Source: the human T2T-CHM13v2.0 reference genome, Homo sapiens
Reading direction: 5' to 3' (one strand)
NCBI RefSeq assembly: GCF_009914755.1
Contig: NC_060930.1
Length of the DNA: 64,000 bases
The position numbers and the translations under genes were made by a program. How positions within the stretch are numbered: position 1 is the stretch's first letter; the number at the start of each line of letters is the position of its first letter. This document shows positions 62,129-64,000 of the stretch, in pieces. The notes beneath the pieces were generated by a model. It saw only the letters and a list, made by a program, of their open reading frames with translations, was not told the origin of the DNA and made no database searches.

Positions 62129-63675
62129 ATTGTTGCTGTGGGAATATTTGATGGGTTTAATACTTGTTAATATCCAGTAGAGATAATTAAGGCTGATCCT
62201 TGATTCCCTTTCCCTAGCATTTTATTGTGGTTCATTTAGGTGTTCTCAATGTTGAGTGAACTTTTCAAAAATACTCTTCCTTCTCTATAACCCAAAGAGT
62301 ATATTCTTCAAAGCTACCTTCTACATGACTCCCTCACCCAAAAATTCATCTTTGTTTCTAGCAGCCTACGCTACTCATTTCTTTGAGCCCACCTTTGAAT
62401 TTAGGACTTGTAAAATTATAAACATTTATAAATGTTTGATCTCTATGTCCATGGAACAGCTTTAAAAATCTTCTTTAATCTCTGAGATGAGGCAGTCAAG
62501 AATAAGGCATCTTCGATTACAGAATCTCTTTGAAGTTTTCTTTCTATTTCAGGTTTTCCCTCTAGCACTCCTACGTTCGGTAGCTCTAAGGTGGATTTTT
62601 TTAATTAATCTTTTTCCTTTTTGCTTAGGTATCCTTGGCAGTCTTTCAAAAGTTAAGAGGCAACATTAGTAAAATTATACTTTCAAACTTTATCATTTTC
62701 GAACTCTGTTTCTCTAGTAAGTTAATGAGCTAGAGACCTCCTTTTAAAATAATCTCATCTATTTTACATTTTAATGCTGTTTCTGTTGTAGATATTACAG
62801 TCCTAAAAATGTGTTATTTTCTTAGAGTAGACTGGAAAGCTCAAATTAATCAATATGTCTCCAGCCTAGCTACCATCCATTTCTGTTTTATAGGATTATA
62901 TACTTGTTTATTTTATAAAATGGAAAGTTTGAAATCTTATAATATTTTCATTTATGGTTTTATGTGAATCAAACAGTCTTGGTTCAGGTGATTTAAAAAT
63001 ATCACTACAAAAAGGAGATATCTTGCTTATTTTTCATTCATGTAGTCCTGTGTGAAATTATTGGTGGTCTTTCTGTCTCTGTGAACATCTACAGCCACAC
63101 AGAGAAATTTTATTTGCCTGTTGTTATCAGATTCACATATTATGAATGTTGAGGCTAGATATCATTGATATCATTGATTAGAACCATTAAAATACTAAAG
63201 ATACTAGTAAAGAAAAAGATACTAATGACAAAAAAATACTAATCTTGCATATTAATCTTGTTTTTACTTCAGTGTTAGTAAAAACACTAGTAAAAAGCAG
63301 TTAGTTACTTCCTTTTTATTTTGTATTTGACATTACACACACATGTTCTGCACGTTCTGAGAAGAAAGTGTCAGATTGCTTCCTGTTTGAGTTTAGATGC
63401 AATCGCTAGTCTTGCTGAAAGCCAATGAAATTGAAAGGCTTAGCTTTGTAAGTAGAATTTCTGTTTCTTTAACTCTGTAGTTGATAATATTGTTTCTCAA
63501 GTTTCCTTTGGCAGGTATTCTCAGGGAACGTTCCAGGATCTTGTAATACTTCTTGTTTGATTAGAAAATGATTCATTACGTGCCTTTCAGCTCTTTAGGA
63601 AAGTGGACGGCCTTCACATCAGTGGGATTGAATTCAGAAAAAGAACATACTACTAAAAGTACTTTTGTAATTATT

Positions 63676-63758
63676 TTATTAGTTTTTCTCATATTATTAG
63701 TTTTTCTCATATTTCAGTGAAATTTCTTATATTATTAGTTTTTCTCATATTCAGTGAA
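63676..63758. repeat. Nested 18-bp / ~38-bp tandem duplications
   Basis: TTATTAGTTTTTCTCATA at 63676, 63694 and 63732; the last two are followed by (T)TTCAGTGAA. Confidence 0.9.
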
Positions 63759-63854
63759 GTGCTAAAAATGATGTCCAAATTTATGTTTAAAGTTTCACAG
63801 AGTTATACACTGACTTTAAAATTGCATTGCTTTATTTTAAGGATTAGAGAAATG

Positions 63855-64000
63855 GTAGTGCACGGGTTAAGAATTTGGGTGATGGCACCAGGCTGTGTAA
63901 GTCCAAGAGCCACTTTGCTTGCCATGTGACTTTGAGAAAGCTGTTCCATCTCTTTGTCCCCAGTTTTCTCATTTATAAAATGAGGATAATAGTGCTTATT
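63855..64000 (+). mobile_element. MIR (runs off the window end)
   Basis: tgtgactttgagaaag...cagttttctcatttataaaatgaggataatag. Confidence 0.8.

Overview
Human genomic DNA covering the 5' end of CDKAL1 (tRNA-Lys(UUU) 2-methylthio-t6A37 methylthiotransferase, 6p22.3) on the + strand. The window holds about 8.4 kb of repeat-rich upstream DNA, a compact CpG-containing promoter (~8440-8600), two non-coding exons (~8474-8591 and 9368-9411) and the first two coding exons (20348-20525, ATG at 20353; 22595-22707). These encode residues 1-95, including the TWGCSHN motif of the MTTase N-terminal domain. The remaining >41 kb is intron 4; no further CDKAL1 coding exon was recognised. The rest is about 55 Alu copies or fragments (one is a young AluYg6), old L1/L2/MIR fragments, MLT1 LTRs, DNA-transposon relics (MER5 cluster, Tigger4a, MADE1, MER3) and local tandem duplications. 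Almost all ORFs in the supplied track are Alu or repeat artefacts. I see no convincing new multi-gene system. The best leads are at the RNA level: (i) exons 3+4 total 291 nt and would form a stop-free, AUG-containing circular ORF if back-spliced; (ii) a spliced uORF changes its relation to the main AUG depending on exon 2 inclusion; (iii) an intronic MADE1 has a perfect 31-bp stem with mirrored substitutions (miR-548-like); (iv) a candidate poison exon lies in intron 4; (v) an upstream duplication retains a CTCF-like motif in both copies. Repeat boundaries and subfamily calls are by eye and approximate.
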